DNA from: a virus
Taxonomy: Duplodnaviria; Caudoviricetes
Virus record (IMG/VR): IMGVR_UViG_3300020171_000035
Coordinates: 1 to 55,168 of that record
Strand: one strand, 5' to 3'
Length of the DNA: 55,168 bases
Each line of letters starts with the position of its first letter. Position 1 is the stretch's first letter. The notes beneath the pieces were generated by a model. The model ran no database searches, was not told where the DNA came from, and was given only the letters and a program-made list of their open reading frames with translations. Made by a program: the position numbers and the translations under genes. Shown here piece after piece: positions 20,098-30,321 of the stretch.

Positions 20098-23000
20098 ATG
20101 CCTAGCGCATATGAATTAAACCTTGAATACGGTCTTACCGACCCAGATGAACTTGAGGACATTGGCACAGAAGAAGAACGTTCCGAAGCGTTAATTAGTG
20201 CCAATTTACCTACTATAAAGTCTCCCGACCTTAATCTAGATCTAGATAGCGCCCTATTTCCTCCTGAAGAGGCTGCACCAATTGTTCCCATGAGTCTTGC
20301 GAAGGCTCCCCTAGTGTCTCGTATGGGACTTACAACCCAGCCCCCCAAGACCCGGGGTCCAATCTTTAAAACCGCAGAAACAATTCTTAGTCCAGCAGAA
20401 CAACTTAATCGTGAGTATGGCCTCGCCCCCCAGGTGGAGGGCATTATCCCGAAAGAAATTTCTCGTCCAGAAAGTCCCGCTACACGTCTCAACCGTGAAA
20501 TGGGTCTAGGCCCACTTACCCGCCCTATCGGTGAAACCAGGGATACGCAAGAACCTGGCACTCCCGTTTCTACCATCTTTAGGGATCTTATGGTCCCAGT
20601 CGAACCAACACCTCCGCTTCCACCCGAGAAGCCTGGTCTTATCGGGGAAGCACTCAGGGGTATACCGCATGGCGTTTTGCAGGTAGGGGAAATAGCTGGT
20701 GGATTAGTTGGTCTTGCCGGAGAGGTCACGGGTATTGAAGCGATAGAAAAAGTTGGCGCCCATCTACATAAAACCTTCCAGGAGATGAATGAAAAGTTTA
20801 AACCAACCGTGGCCGGATTTCAAGATATAGAATCCGTTGGTGATGCAGCAAGGTATCTTGGGCACGGATTTATGTCTATGTTACCGTTTATGGTTGGAAC
20901 ATTCGGTGTTGGTGCTGCCATACGTGGTGTCGTTACAAAGACGCTTGGTAAAGCGATTACGGAACGTGCTGCCGCAAAAGCTATCATCGGATTTTCATCG
21001 TTAGCCGCTGCTTCAACGATTGCTGAAACAGGTATAATCGCTAGTGAGCGTGTCGATGAGGGTATGAAGGCGGCCAGTCTCAATCTTCTCTGGGCTATAC
21101 CAGCCGGACTTATGGATGCACTTCCGGCATGGCGCTTACTGGGTAAATTGGGATGGTTCGGAAGGTCTGTTACTAAAAGAGCGGAACGGGAGGGCCTTCG
21201 TGCCGCTAGACACTATTTCATAAAGGAAGTTGGTAAACAGGGATTCTTTGAGGGTGTTACAGAATCTGCCCAGGAAGTTTTTGAAGCTATGGGTGCCGGA
21301 AAGAAACCATTTTCTTACGAAACTCTCATGCAGGCGGCGAACACATTTATCATTGCAGGCTTTACCGGTGGTATAATGGGTGGTGCGGTTACCCTATTAG
21401 GGCCATCACCCAAGAAGCAAGTTGCGCCCACTCCAACGGTTAAACCTCCAATAATTCCACCCGATATTACACGAGACCCTACGGATATCTTAAAACCCGC
21501 AGTTGTTAGACCGGATGTTGCGGCCCTATGGCAGGAAACTGTCTTCCCTGGCGTAGTGGAAGAACCCGTCCCGATGAATGAGGTGAGTAGGATATGGAGG
21601 AAATTCCTTGAAGGTACGGGTGTGTGGACCAATCTTGACGTAAAGAATGGTCAGATGATAATTGAGGATATTAAGGGGGGAAAATTATCTTCTGTTCTTA
21701 ATCCTGTCAGTCAAGTATTTGAATTATACGGTTATACCAATGTAAATGGTCAGTTTACGAAACTTGACCCAGGTGTTCCGTTACCCCGATCATTAATGGA
21801 TATTATCACTGAAGGGTTGGCATTAGGGAAACCCGCGGAAGTAAGGGTTGAGGGGGTAAAAAAACCAAGAAAAATTGGGTTGACCAGTTATTCCGGAAGA
21901 TTCGTTACGGCTGGATACGGAACTACAAAATATTCAGGAACCGAACGAATAACCCGTAAGAACTACAATGCTGCCTATGAACAGGGAGATCTACCAGAAG
22001 TTTGGTATGGCTATGGGGACGAACATGAAGTAGAACCCATGTTTGGGGGAATGCGTCCACAGAAGGTAGAGGCTGAATTCAAAATATTTGACAGGAAGTT
22101 AGCCACCAAGGAAGAACTGGCTGAGTTCAATGCCAAACAAGATGAGGTAGCCGCAAGGCTCGAAAGAAAATGGGGCTTTAATAGAAACATGCCCGACCAG
22201 GCCCAGGTCTTAGGATACCAGGCCGCCAAGGAATTAGGGTATGACGGCCTCAATACCGGCAGAGCTATTGCAATGTTCCATGATCTTCCAGTTCAAATGA
22301 GACCCAAGGAGGGTGCAATACGTGGCGTAATAGAGCCTACATTACCGCGTGGATATAACAGCGTTGAGGAATTTACTGATCCGATTAATACACCCCTTCG
22401 AACATCACAATATGCAATACTAACTGCCGCCAATCCTGGCAATGCAAAATTACCTGCACAGGAAAATGCGGTACGGAATAAGAAGTTAGTGAAGGAACTA
22501 AAGGATGCAGGATTTACCGTCATCCCAGTTCAGGGTAAATATGCTGGCTTGCGGGCACCCTCCTTCTTGGTCCCCGAAATGTCTAACGACCAAGCCCTTG
22601 AGTTTGGCATAAGGCATGGACAGGAAAGTGTCTTAGTACCGCGTGGCTTGCTATACCAAGATGGTTCTGTCAATCCAGCAAATCTAGATGCTATCGTATT
22701 TGACAATACCTTAACAGATAATTATACCGAAATCAATATCGGTGGGAAAAGGGTTCGATTTTCTACGCCCATAGATTTTGAGACCAAAATAGCGCGTGGC
22801 GCAGGTGTTACCGCAGCCCCAACTCCTCCCGGGGCAGGTCTCGTTCCTGCTGCCACGCCTTTTATTGAGGGAGCGAAAATCGATCTTCTTCATAAAGAGG
22901 TTGTTGAGCCCGCACTAGAACCCGTTAGGGAAGTTCCTGTTGCACCCGCAGCACCCCCGGGTCTTCCTCGTGGTTTCTTTGAAGCCGTTATCATGTTCGA

Positions 23001-26000
23001 CGAACAGGGATCTATTTCTGTTCGACCCATCTCATATGAATCAATACGTGAAGGTGTTGAGAATCTTCCAGGTTTTTTAGGTAAGGTATACCTCGATGCC
23101 AAGAAGGATACCGTCTATACCCCAGAAATGATGATAGCTAAGAATACAGGGGAAGCTATTAATGGTATCATGAGATCTAAAATTGAGTCACTTCCCGCCG
23201 AAGGTTTTCGTCCCGCGTTTCAGGAGTTACTTCCAGGAGAGAGGTTTAGGGCGAGGATGGCTGGGGAAGCTCCCCGGGGACCTTTTTGGACCACTTCTAG
23301 GGCTACATCATGGTCTGAACTTATCGAAACTGAAGTCGAAGAACGTGGTAATTATAGTACAGAAGAAGTTGAAATATGGAGGAAAAAGTATGGTCTAAGA
23401 CCAACCGATAGGGTAATTTGGGTATCTCCATCTAAGGCGGTTGCAGCATCATACCAGGTGTCTTCCGAAGAAATGGAATCCGTTAGGAACTTACCGGAGG
23501 ATCAGGTAGATGCTACCGAAGTTAGGCAACCCGGATTCATTATCCCCGAATCAGACGATGGTGATGGGGGATATCTTTATGTGATTCGCCCAGTGGATAT
23601 TGCCCGCGAAGCCATGCAGGAGATGGAAGGGCAGCCGATGTCGGTCATGGCTGTGCAGAAAATCATTGATACCTTCCAGGTTCAACTTCCAGCAGGTGTC
23701 CTTTCTTATGATGTTCCAAGTTCTGTGGACGAACTACCAGCAGATATCCGAAAGCGCAACAAGGTAACCGGAAAAACACAAGCCCTTTACGATCGCGTGC
23801 TCAATAGGGTATATATCATCGCAGACCGCCACACCTCCGAGCAAGATGTATTGACCTCTATAAGCCATGAACTATTTGCCCACTTCGGATTCGAGCGCCT
23901 ATTTGGTCCCCACCGTATGGATCAAATTGTGCAGGAAGTGCTCAAGTTCTACGGAAAAGAAAATCTTGCCTATCTCTATCAGGCATACAGTAAAATCCCT
24001 GGATCACCCGACGGTGACTACACGGTAGCCATCGAGAAGATCGCAGAATTCGCAGGCACTGGTGAAAACCCAGGATTATGGAAACGATTCGTATACTGGT
24101 TTCGTTATCACGCAACCAAACTGTTCGGCCCCATTCGTTTCTCTGAGGATGACATAAGGGCGTACCTCTGGCGTAGTCGTATCCTTATCCAACAGCAATC
24201 ATTCCAAGACCAGGTTCGTAAGTATAACGCTTTCGTAAAACTTACTGGTGCAAAGATGTGGGACAACGGATTACCCATTGGTCCACTCGGTGCCAGATTT
24301 GCCATGCGCGAAGATACATCCCCATCTCACGAAAGCGCTGCGGAAAACTTTACCGGATGGCGGGGATGGTATGAAGCATACAGTAATAAAAATAAAAACT
24401 TTGGGAACGAAATTTTTAAAAGGTTAGGGCTTATTGAATCGGTTGCCTCACTTCCCCATTGGATAAGTATGAACCATCCATCTTTTAAGCCAACCACACA
24501 GGTCCAGTGGGACAGGATGGACGAGAAAAATAGGGACAGGTTATACTTACTTCAAGATCCGGGGACCAATCAGGGGAATAATCCATACATGTCCGTTGAC
24601 GCCCTAAGGGATACCTCTAGTGTAGATCCACTTATTATATGGTCTGATCGAAACAATATTTACCTTGAAAGTGATGAAAATCTTCAATCAAAGGCACGAG
24701 AATTAATTCATCGCGATCTTACCAATACGGAGATTAAGGCATACCGTGGCTGGAAGGATGGTTTTGATCGAGCCGTAGATTATGCCATCGCAAGGCTTCG
24801 CCAGTTAGCTGTAGATTTTTATTCCAGTACGAAATGGTATGACCAGCTCAAGGGTGTTCTTGATAAATCATTACCCATGGAACAAGTTCAACTAGAGAGT
24901 AGTGATGCAAAAGATTTTCAACGTGCCCTCAATAAGGTGGCCGAACGAATGAAGGAAATTGATAGGCAGGAAGCCCAACTAAAGGGGTTTAACTTTTATG
25001 CACCTCATGTTCGTGGTCGTGGTGACCATATTGTTCGTGTGTACGATGTTGATCCAGAAGGTAAGGATGTAGCAATCTGGGTTGAACGTTTCGATAGCGC
25101 TACACAGGCCGAACAAGCCAGAATGAGATTAACCAGCCAATATAGAGATCTCCGAGTAGTGAAGACTCTTGAAAAACAAACAAGCGAATTTGTCTATGGC
25201 GGACTAAACATTTACGCCATGGAAGCCTTTCTGAAGAAATCTGCTGAGCGTGCCGTTAAGGAAGAAAAGATAAATGAGGCTGAGGCCGATACCCTCCTGA
25301 ATGCTGTTTTCAAAAGCATCAACGATGAAATTATGGCTCGGGGTTTTAGGCAACACTACATCCGCAGACAACAGGGTAACATTGGTGGTTATCGTGAAGA
25401 GAACCTTCGCCAAGTTTTTCTTGATTACATGTCGGGGCTTGCCGGTAGTATGGCAAAGCTCGATGCAACCAGAAAGTTTCACGATGCCCTCCAAAGTATA
25501 AACAAGGTTAACGAACCAGAAGTATATGAGTATGCATCCCGATATACCACGGATATGTTACGAAATCGGGATAGCCTTGACAATAAACTGAACTCCCTAA
25601 AGACGATACCTTATCTATGGTATATCAGCATGAACCTTCGTCTTGCCGCAACGCAGATGTTCCAGAATGGGATTACGGCCTATCCAATACTTTCTCGGAT
25701 CATGCAAGACCTAGGCGTAGAGGGCCATGCATCCACTGAACTTGCAAAAGCCATGAAAGATCTCGCCGGGAATATGACCGTGCAAGAACAGACTATGTTA
25801 CAAAACGCGTATAACGATGGCGAGACAATGGCTAACTTTATCCAAGAAATTAAGGGTGATATCAGCCGTAGTTGGGCTGGGAAATATTTTACCAAATTTG
25901 TAGACCTTGTTTCGTATCCATTCGCAGGAATGGAACGGTTTAATAGAAAATCGTCCCTCTTGGCCGCCTTCCGCGTTGCTCTTCGTGCAGGGCAAACCGA

Positions 26001-26985
26001 AACTGAGGCATATGAGACGGCAAAGGAATTTGTGCGCAGCGCTCACTATGCCTATGGACTTAATAATTTTCCACAATTACTTAGGGATGGAACTCCGTTT
26101 TCTAAGATTGCGGGATTAGGGTACGTGTTTAAAAGTTTTCCCCACAATTATGTCCTATCCATGATTCACTACGCGAAGGGTAAGGATGGAAAGTTGGCGC
26201 TTGGCGTACTCATGAGATCTCTTGCGATGCTCACCATTCTTGGTGGATTGGGTGCTGCCCCGTTTATAGACGACATCCTGGATGAATTCGAAAGGCAGAC
26301 GGGTTATCCCGCAAGGTCCGTTATAAGAAAATCTCTAGATAAAGTGGGCGGACCCCTCTTGGCCTCTGCTGGTATGGAGGGAATTCTGGCGCTCGTAGGT
26401 CTGGATATGTCCGGATCTACTAAGATTCAGATACCAATTCCTGGGGTTGGAGAATATAACCCGGGTGCCATTATGATGGGCGTTTATGGTGGACTTATCG
26501 ATAAGGGTAAGAACGCCATTACTTTCGCCGCAAATAACCAGTGGATGCGTGCCGTAGAATCTGCAATGCCCGCCGGTGTTGAGTCTGCCATTAAATCACA
26601 TAGATTAGCCACTGAAGGTCTTCGTACCGCAACCGGAAAACCAATCCTTGACGAACGGGGGAGACCGATTAAGGCGGGTCCATATGAGGTGGCGGTAGGC
26701 CTAGCGGGGTTTAGGCCGCAACGTATTGCTGAGGTACAAAAGGAACGTCGTGTAGCTCAGAATATTAAGGACGCTTATGCAGCAAGGCGCAAGAAGATTA
26801 TACGGAGAATGAGACTTGCCACGACACCGGAAGAAAGACGGGCATTATCTAAAGACATTCAGTCTTACAACCTTTCGGTCATGAAATATGGTAAGATCAT
26901 TCCTAAAATTGGGGCACAGTCCATTAAGCAGGCAATGCAACCCGAACGTGGATACATGGAATATGAAAGATTATACGAGGATTAG
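20098..26985 (+). CDS. Large polyvalent internal virion (ejection) protein, 2295 aa
   Basis: Hydrophobic G/A-rich segment with EGVTESAQE; DUF3293/SAM-lyase-like domain; zincin-like SHELFAHFG; helical LPD-type C-terminus. Confidence 0.75.
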   Translation: MPSAYELNLEYGLTDPDELEDIGTEEERSEALISANLPTIKSPDLNLDLDSALFPPEEAAPIVPMSLAKAPLVSRMGLTTQPPKTRGPIFKTAETILSPAEQLNREYGLAPQVEGIIPKEISRPESPATRLNREMGLGPLTRPIGETRDTQEPGTPVSTIFRDLMVPVEPTPPLPPEKPGLIGEALRGIPHGVLQVGEIAGGLVGLAGEVTGIEAIEKVGAHLHKTFQEMNEKFKPTVAGFQDIESVGDAARYLGHGFMSMLPFMVGTFGVGAAIRGVVTKTLGKAITERAAAKAIIGFSSLAAASTIAETGIIASERVDEGMKAASLNLLWAIPAGLMDALPAWRLLGKLGWFGRSVTKRAEREGLRAARHYFIKEVGKQGFFEGVTESAQEVFEAMGAGKKPFSYETLMQAANTFIIAGFTGGIMGGAVTLLGPSPKKQVAPTPTVKPPIIPPDITRDPTDILKPAVVRPDVAALWQETVFPGVVEEPVPMNEVSRIWRKFLEGTGVWTNLDVKNGQMIIEDIKGGKLSSVLNPVSQVFELYGYTNVNGQFTKLDPGVPLPRSLMDIITEGLALGKPAEVRVEGVKKPRKIGLTSYSGRFVTAGYGTTKYSGTERITRKNYNAAYEQGDLPEVWYGYGDEHEVEPMFGGMRPQKVEAEFKIFDRKLATKEELAEFNAKQDEVAARLERKWGFNRNMPDQAQVLGYQAAKELGYDGLNTGRAIAMFHDLPVQMRPKEGAIRGVIEPTLPRGYNSVEEFTDPINTPLRTSQYAILTAANPGNAKLPAQENAVRNKKLVKELKDAGFTVIPVQGKYAGLRAPSFLVPEMSNDQALEFGIRHGQESVLVPRGLLYQDGSVNPANLDAIVFDNTLTDNYTEINIGGKRVRFSTPIDFETKIARGAGVTAAPTPPGAGLVPAATPFIEGAKIDLLHKEVVEPALEPVREVPVAPAAPPGLPRGFFEAVIMFDEQGSISVRPISYESIREGVENLPGFLGKVYLDAKKDTVYTPEMMIAKNTGEAINGIMRSKIESLPAEGFRPAFQELLPGERFRARMAGEAPRGPFWTTSRATSWSELIETEVEERGNYSTEEVEIWRKKYGLRPTDRVIWVSPSKAVAASYQVSSEEMESVRNLPEDQVDATEVRQPGFIIPESDDGDGGYLYVIRPVDIAREAMQEMEGQPMSVMAVQKIIDTFQVQLPAGVLSYDVPSSVDELPADIRKRNKVTGKTQALYDRVLNRVYIIADRHTSEQDVLTSISHELFAHFGFERLFGPHRMDQIVQEVLKFYGKENLAYLYQAYSKIPGSPDGDYTVAIEKIAEFAGTGENPGLWKRFVYWFRYHATKLFGPIRFSEDDIRAYLWRSRILIQQQSFQDQVRKYNAFVKLTGAKMWDNGLPIGPLGARFAMREDTSPSHESAAENFTGWRGWYEAYSNKNKNFGNEIFKRLGLIESVASLPHWISMNHPSFKPTTQVQWDRMDEKNRDRLYLLQDPGTNQGNNPYMSVDALRDTSSVDPLIIWSDRNNIYLESDENLQSKARELIHRDLTNTEIKAYRGWKDGFDRAVDYAIARLRQLAVDFYSSTKWYDQLKGVLDKSLPMEQVQLESSDAKDFQRALNKVAERMKEIDRQEAQLKGFNFYAPHVRGRGDHIVRVYDVDPEGKDVAIWVERFDSATQAEQARMRLTSQYRDLRVVKTLEKQTSEFVYGGLNIYAMEAFLKKSAERAVKEEKINEAEADTLLNAVFKSINDEIMARGFRQHYIRRQQGNIGGYREENLRQVFLDYMSGLAGSMAKLDATRKFHDALQSINKVNEPEVYEYASRYTTDMLRNRDSLDNKLNSLKTIPYLWYISMNLRLAATQMFQNGITAYPILSRIMQDLGVEGHASTELAKAMKDLAGNMTVQEQTMLQNAYNDGETMANFIQEIKGDISRSWAGKYFTKFVDLVSYPFAGMERFNRKSSLLAAFRVALRAGQTETEAYETAKEFVRSAHYAYGLNNFPQLLRDGTPFSKIAGLGYVFKSFPHNYVLSMIHYAKGKDGKLALGVLMRSLAMLTILGGLGAAPFIDDILDEFERQTGYPARSVIRKSLDKVGGPLLASAGMEGILALVGLDMSGSTKIQIPIPGVGEYNPGAIMMGVYGGLIDKGKNAITFAANNQWMRAVESAMPAGVESAIKSHRLATEGLRTATGKPILDERGRPIKAGPYEVAVGLAGFRPQRIAEVQKERRVAQNIKDAYAARRKKIIRRMRLATTPEERRALSKDIQSYNLSVMKYGKIIPKIGAQSIKQAMQPERGYMEYERLYED

Positions 26986-26990
26986 AAAAA

Positions 26991-27350
26991 ATGGACTTCA
27001 TTGCGATTCCGGGATGGATATGGATATTTCTCGTGACAGTAGTTGTTGCAGGCTTGGTAAGGTATGCATGGTTTGGGCAGGATAAACGCATTCAGGAGCT
27101 TGAGGACTGCAAACTAGACCTGAATAAAAGGGGTGGACCGCTCACCCTTTTGGGACACCAAGAAATATGCAGTAAGTTCGCAAAAGAGAGGGATGAAGAA
27201 ATGACAGAAGCTGTAAGTAATTTAAAAGAATGGTTAGGTTGGAGGTTGGACGGTATGCAGAAAGATATTAAAAATCTTTCGGAAAACGTGGAAGACAAGA
27301 TTGAAAATAAGATCTTGAAGGAACTTCGGAAACTTAATGGTTCTGGTTAA
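26991..27350 (+). CDS. Single-TM coiled-coil membrane protein
   Basis: N-terminal hydrophobic helix followed by heptad repeats. Confidence 0.55.
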   Translation: MDFIAIPGWIWIFLVTVVVAGLVRYAWFGQDKRIQELEDCKLDLNKRGGPLTLLGHQEICSKFAKERDEEMTEAVSNLKEWLGWRLDGMQKDIKNLSENVEDKIENKILKELRKLNGSG

Positions 27351-27700
27351 AATGGAACATCGTTGTCGAGATTATTATTCCAGTCCCAGTCCTGAATTTC
27401 AGGTTGTGCAATTACGGTAGTATTTGGAATGGGAATCGGTAGGGATTCCTGAAATATCTCCTCATATACGGCAACCTGTATTTCTGACCCGGAAAACGAG
27501 GGCCACGCCCTAATGATCCTAGCGCAATCTTCAGCTTCTTCTTGGGATGTAAATTGTGTGGGCTTGGCTAGGCTGGTTGCATACCATGCCCCGTTATTTT
27601 CTTGATCGACATATAGACATCCCCTCCACGGAGACATGTTATCCCAAGATGTCTCATTTACCGGAATTTTACGTAATACCAACATCGGAAGATCCTCCAT
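27347..27700 (-). CDS. Hypothetical protein with SSB-like acidic C-terminal tip
   Basis: ORF ends LDNDVPF. Confidence 0.5.
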   Translation of the reverse strand: MEDLPMLVLRKIPVNETSWDNMSPWRGCLYVDQENNGAWYATSLAKPTQFTSQEEAEDCARIIRAWPSFSGSEIQVAVYEEIFQESLPIPIPNTTVIAQPEIQDWDWNNNLDNDVPF

Positions 27701-27929
27701 TAGCTTCTGCCGTTAGGCGCTGAACACAAACATCATATAGACGCTCTAAATGTTCCAATGAATCAGACTCGACCGACTTACCCACCCTTGTATTAACCAG
27801 GGAATACATTACCGTGTTGAGCTCGGTATCCTGAATAGACCATAGCGCCACTCGATGCCCACCCATATCGGACATCTTTATTCTTTGGGCGATAAGGTCG
27901 CCGTCACGAATGAGTCCGTCCCTTGTCAT
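27669..27929 (-). CDS. Hypothetical protein
   Basis: TAATG-coupled to the upstream gene. Confidence 0.5.
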   Translation of the reverse strand: MTRDGLIRDGDLIAQRIKMSDMGGHRVALWSIQDTELNTVMYSLVNTRVGKSVESDSLEHLERLYDVCVQRLTAEANGGSSDVGIT

Positions 27930-28774
27930 TATACGACCACCTTTCTAATGTTAGTAATTTGTCTATCATTAACTTCAACGATAACGTATCCCAATTCTAT
28001 CGGATCATATTCACCCATCTCCGAATAACTAGTTATATTCTCGCCAAAGGTCTTGAGAAACGAACCGGTGTTTGCATAATATCTATGGTCCGGATGGACG
28101 TAACCACCCTTTCCGAACGGTGGATTGTGGGTGTAATGTTCTCGGATGTCAGGCTCGGTTGCAAGGTAAAGCTGGGAGCGGGGATCACAAATAATTAGAC
28201 GGTGCGTATGACCCTTTGCCATCAATACACAGTCACCCATCTTATTTTTCAAGTGTTGCTTTAATTGCAACTGTTCGTTCGCTTCTCGTCTCACTGGGTC
28301 ATCTGCAATCGACCGTATCAACTTGCGCCCATGGGTGAAAAACCCCTTAAACTGCACGCCATGTTTGTCCTGAAAGTTAACCACGCAAGAGAATCCACCG
28401 TAGGCAATCCCTAATTTCTCTTCGCAGGTGTCTTTTGTAATATCACCAACCTTTGGGTAAAGGCGGTGCGAGTGATTGCCGTAGAGAATAGTAGTAAGAC
28501 GTTTTGCTTGGGCAAGTGGTTTCAGGTCGGCTACAACACTTTTTTGCTGAGCCAGCGGGTCTGCCGTGAGGATAGCGGGATCGTATCTGGGATCATCTAT
28601 CCAATAGGACTCCATCTCATCGCCCATGTGCAGGGCGTATCGATTTTTAGCAGAGAGAATATAATCGATACAAGCCTGGTAACCCCTCTTGTATTGCAAA
28701 ACATTTCCTTCCTGGTTATCCCCGAAAAGTACCAACTCATAGTTGCCCGGAACGGACTGTTCGAGTATTTTCAT
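27929..28774 (-). CDS. Calcineurin-like metallophosphoesterase
   Basis: FGDNQEG, MGDE, YGNH, FTHG, GHTH motifs. Confidence 0.85.
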   Translation of the reverse strand: MKILEQSVPGNYELVLFGDNQEGNVLQYKRGYQACIDYILSAKNRYALHMGDEMESYWIDDPRYDPAILTADPLAQQKSVVADLKPLAQAKRLTTILYGNHSHRLYPKVGDITKDTCEEKLGIAYGGFSCVVNFQDKHGVQFKGFFTHGRKLIRSIADDPVRREANEQLQLKQHLKNKMGDCVLMAKGHTHRLIICDPRSQLYLATEPDIREHYTHNPPFGKGGYVHPDHRYYANTGSFLKTFGENITSYSEMGEYDPIELGYVIVEVNDRQITNIRKVVV

Positions 28775-29036
28775 TTGGTATTCTTAACCCCCATACATTC
28801 ATTCGACAGGTTACACATTTAACGTGACCCTCATCCATTTCTTCATGTAAGGGCCAACCACAGCCTAAGCACCTACTTTCCCTACATCTTTTCTCGCATT
28901 GGGTCTTGCCATATTCCCTATACTGTTGAAGGTGGTGTTCACATTTAATTCGTCCTCTCTTGGCTGGACGACTACATAAAACACATAAACCCCTAGCCCT
29001 ATGTTCCCTATAATATTTCATGGTGTGATTAGGCAT
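28737..29036 (-). CDS. Cys-rich zinc-binding protein
   Basis: GLCVLC..KCEHH..CLGCG..CVTC. Confidence 0.55.
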   Translation of the reverse strand: MPNHTMKYYREHRARGLCVLCSRPAKRGRIKCEHHLQQYREYGKTQCEKRCRESRCLGCGWPLHEEMDEGHVKCVTCRMNVWGLRIPNENTRTVRSGQL

Positions 29037-29057
29037 GGGATTGCACCATATGGAAAG

Positions 29058-29086
29058 ATTATACACTACGGAAGGTTGGATGTCAA
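29058..29086 (-). promoter_or_regulatory. Consensus sigma70 promoter
   Basis: TTGACA-N17-TATAAT on the minus strand, preceded by TG. Confidence 0.8.
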
Positions 29087-29178
29087 GTGATTATTTGGTG
29101 GGATAAAAATGTGGGCCTTGCTTTTAATGGGAAACCCCACCAAAAAGGTGAGGCCCCCCTGCTGGGTCCACAATGGTA

Positions 29179-29388
29179 TTATTTACTAATAGGTTCTATG
29201 AACACCCTGCCACATGCAGGGCAACCATATATTCTTGCCTTTTCTGTTTTGGACATATCCGCCCTTCTCTCTAGGTCGGCAAATGTGGAATGATAAAATT
29301 TTCCAAGACTTCCGGGTTCCGGAATCGGATAGATACCACCTTCCTCAATTAAAATATCATCCTGATATTCACATTGTGAACAGTGCAT
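29179..29388 (-). CDS. Small zinc-ribbon protein
   Basis: CSQC...CPACG; RBS GGGAGG. Confidence 0.6.
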   Translation of the reverse strand: MHCSQCEYQDDILIEEGGIYPIPEPGSLGKFYHSTFADLERRADMSKTEKARIYGCPACGRVFIEPISK

Positions 29389-29398
29389 AACATCCTCC

Positions 29399-29839
29399 CT
29401 ATGATAAGAATAGTTCGCGTTCTCGTAAGCGCCTTAAATATAATCCCTTGATTTTACGACCACCGGCAAAACACCAGCGAGAAAATTGCTCGGCAGCACC
29501 TGTGTATTCTTCACGGTTCAGCATAGACCGTAAGGTCGAAGCCTGGAGTGCTCCAGAACCGATATTGAAGCAAAAAGACAGCAACGCTGAATATTGATTG
29601 TCCGTAAGTGGCACTGTAATGAGCCGCATAATAGCTGCACCAGCTACCAGGAGATCCTTTCGTAGTAATTCTCCGGCCAACCCCATCGTGATTTCTTCGG
29701 GGAACACTTCACCCCTACGAATAAGATGTCCTATCCCAATCGTGTCTAACCCTGCCACATCTTTATAGGCGCGAAGTCGAACCCCTTCGTCACGCCTGAT
29801 ATGCTCGATTGCGATTTGAGGAATTTCGCGGACCTTCAT
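29399..29839 (-). CDS. Endolysin, GH24 lysozyme
   Basis: DEGVRLRAYKDVAGLDTIGIGH, ALLSFCFNIG, GLYLRR..ERELF. Confidence 0.92.
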   Translation of the reverse strand: MKVREIPQIAIEHIRRDEGVRLRAYKDVAGLDTIGIGHLIRRGEVFPEEITMGLAGELLRKDLLVAGAAIMRLITVPLTDNQYSALLSFCFNIGSGALQASTLRSMLNREEYTGAAEQFSRWCFAGGRKIKGLYLRRLRERELFLS

Positions 29840-30321
29840 TATTTTTTATCAATTCTCTGTAAAGAGTACCGCATGAAACGACCGCCAAAGTAGAACGCTA
29901 TAATGGTACTGAATATAGCAAAGTCTTCACTTCCCCATACGTACGACCCAATCTCTTGCCATTTCTGCCCCATTTGCATCATTCCATAAATGGCTGAATA
30001 TTTTACATACATATAAAGCAACATAAAGGCGTATGTGATTGTCGGCCTTACGGAAGAATTGTAAAGCGATACCAGTCCATCTACGAACTTCCATCCTGTG
30101 ATTTTCTGCTCCGCACTCGCATAGAGCGCCTTGCTTTCCTCGATATCAGCCTGAGCATTAATTTCTTCAAGGCGTATCTGACCCTGAAGCCTGGCAGCAT
30201 CCATCTGCAATTTAGTCATCTCAATTTCGTGTTTATTATCAGCCTTCTGTTTCCAAAATTTCAGCAATTCCGGGATAAACGAGCCCAGAAGACCCAGCAC
30301 CGTACCAATTAAACTTAAGAT
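29839..30321 (-). CDS. Holin-like membrane protein (start uncertain: ATC 30321 or GTG 30300)
   Basis: SVRPTITY, TM helices, FYFGGR motif; coupled to the lysozyme gene. Confidence 0.7.
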   Translation of the reverse strand: MLSLIGTVLGLLGSFIPELLKFWKQKADNKHEIEMTKLQMDAARLQGQIRLEEINAQADIEESKALYASAEQKITGWKFVDGLVSLYNSSVRPTITYAFMLLYMYVKYSAIYGMMQMGQKWQEIGSYVWGSEDFAIFSTIIAFYFGGRFMRYSLQRIDKK

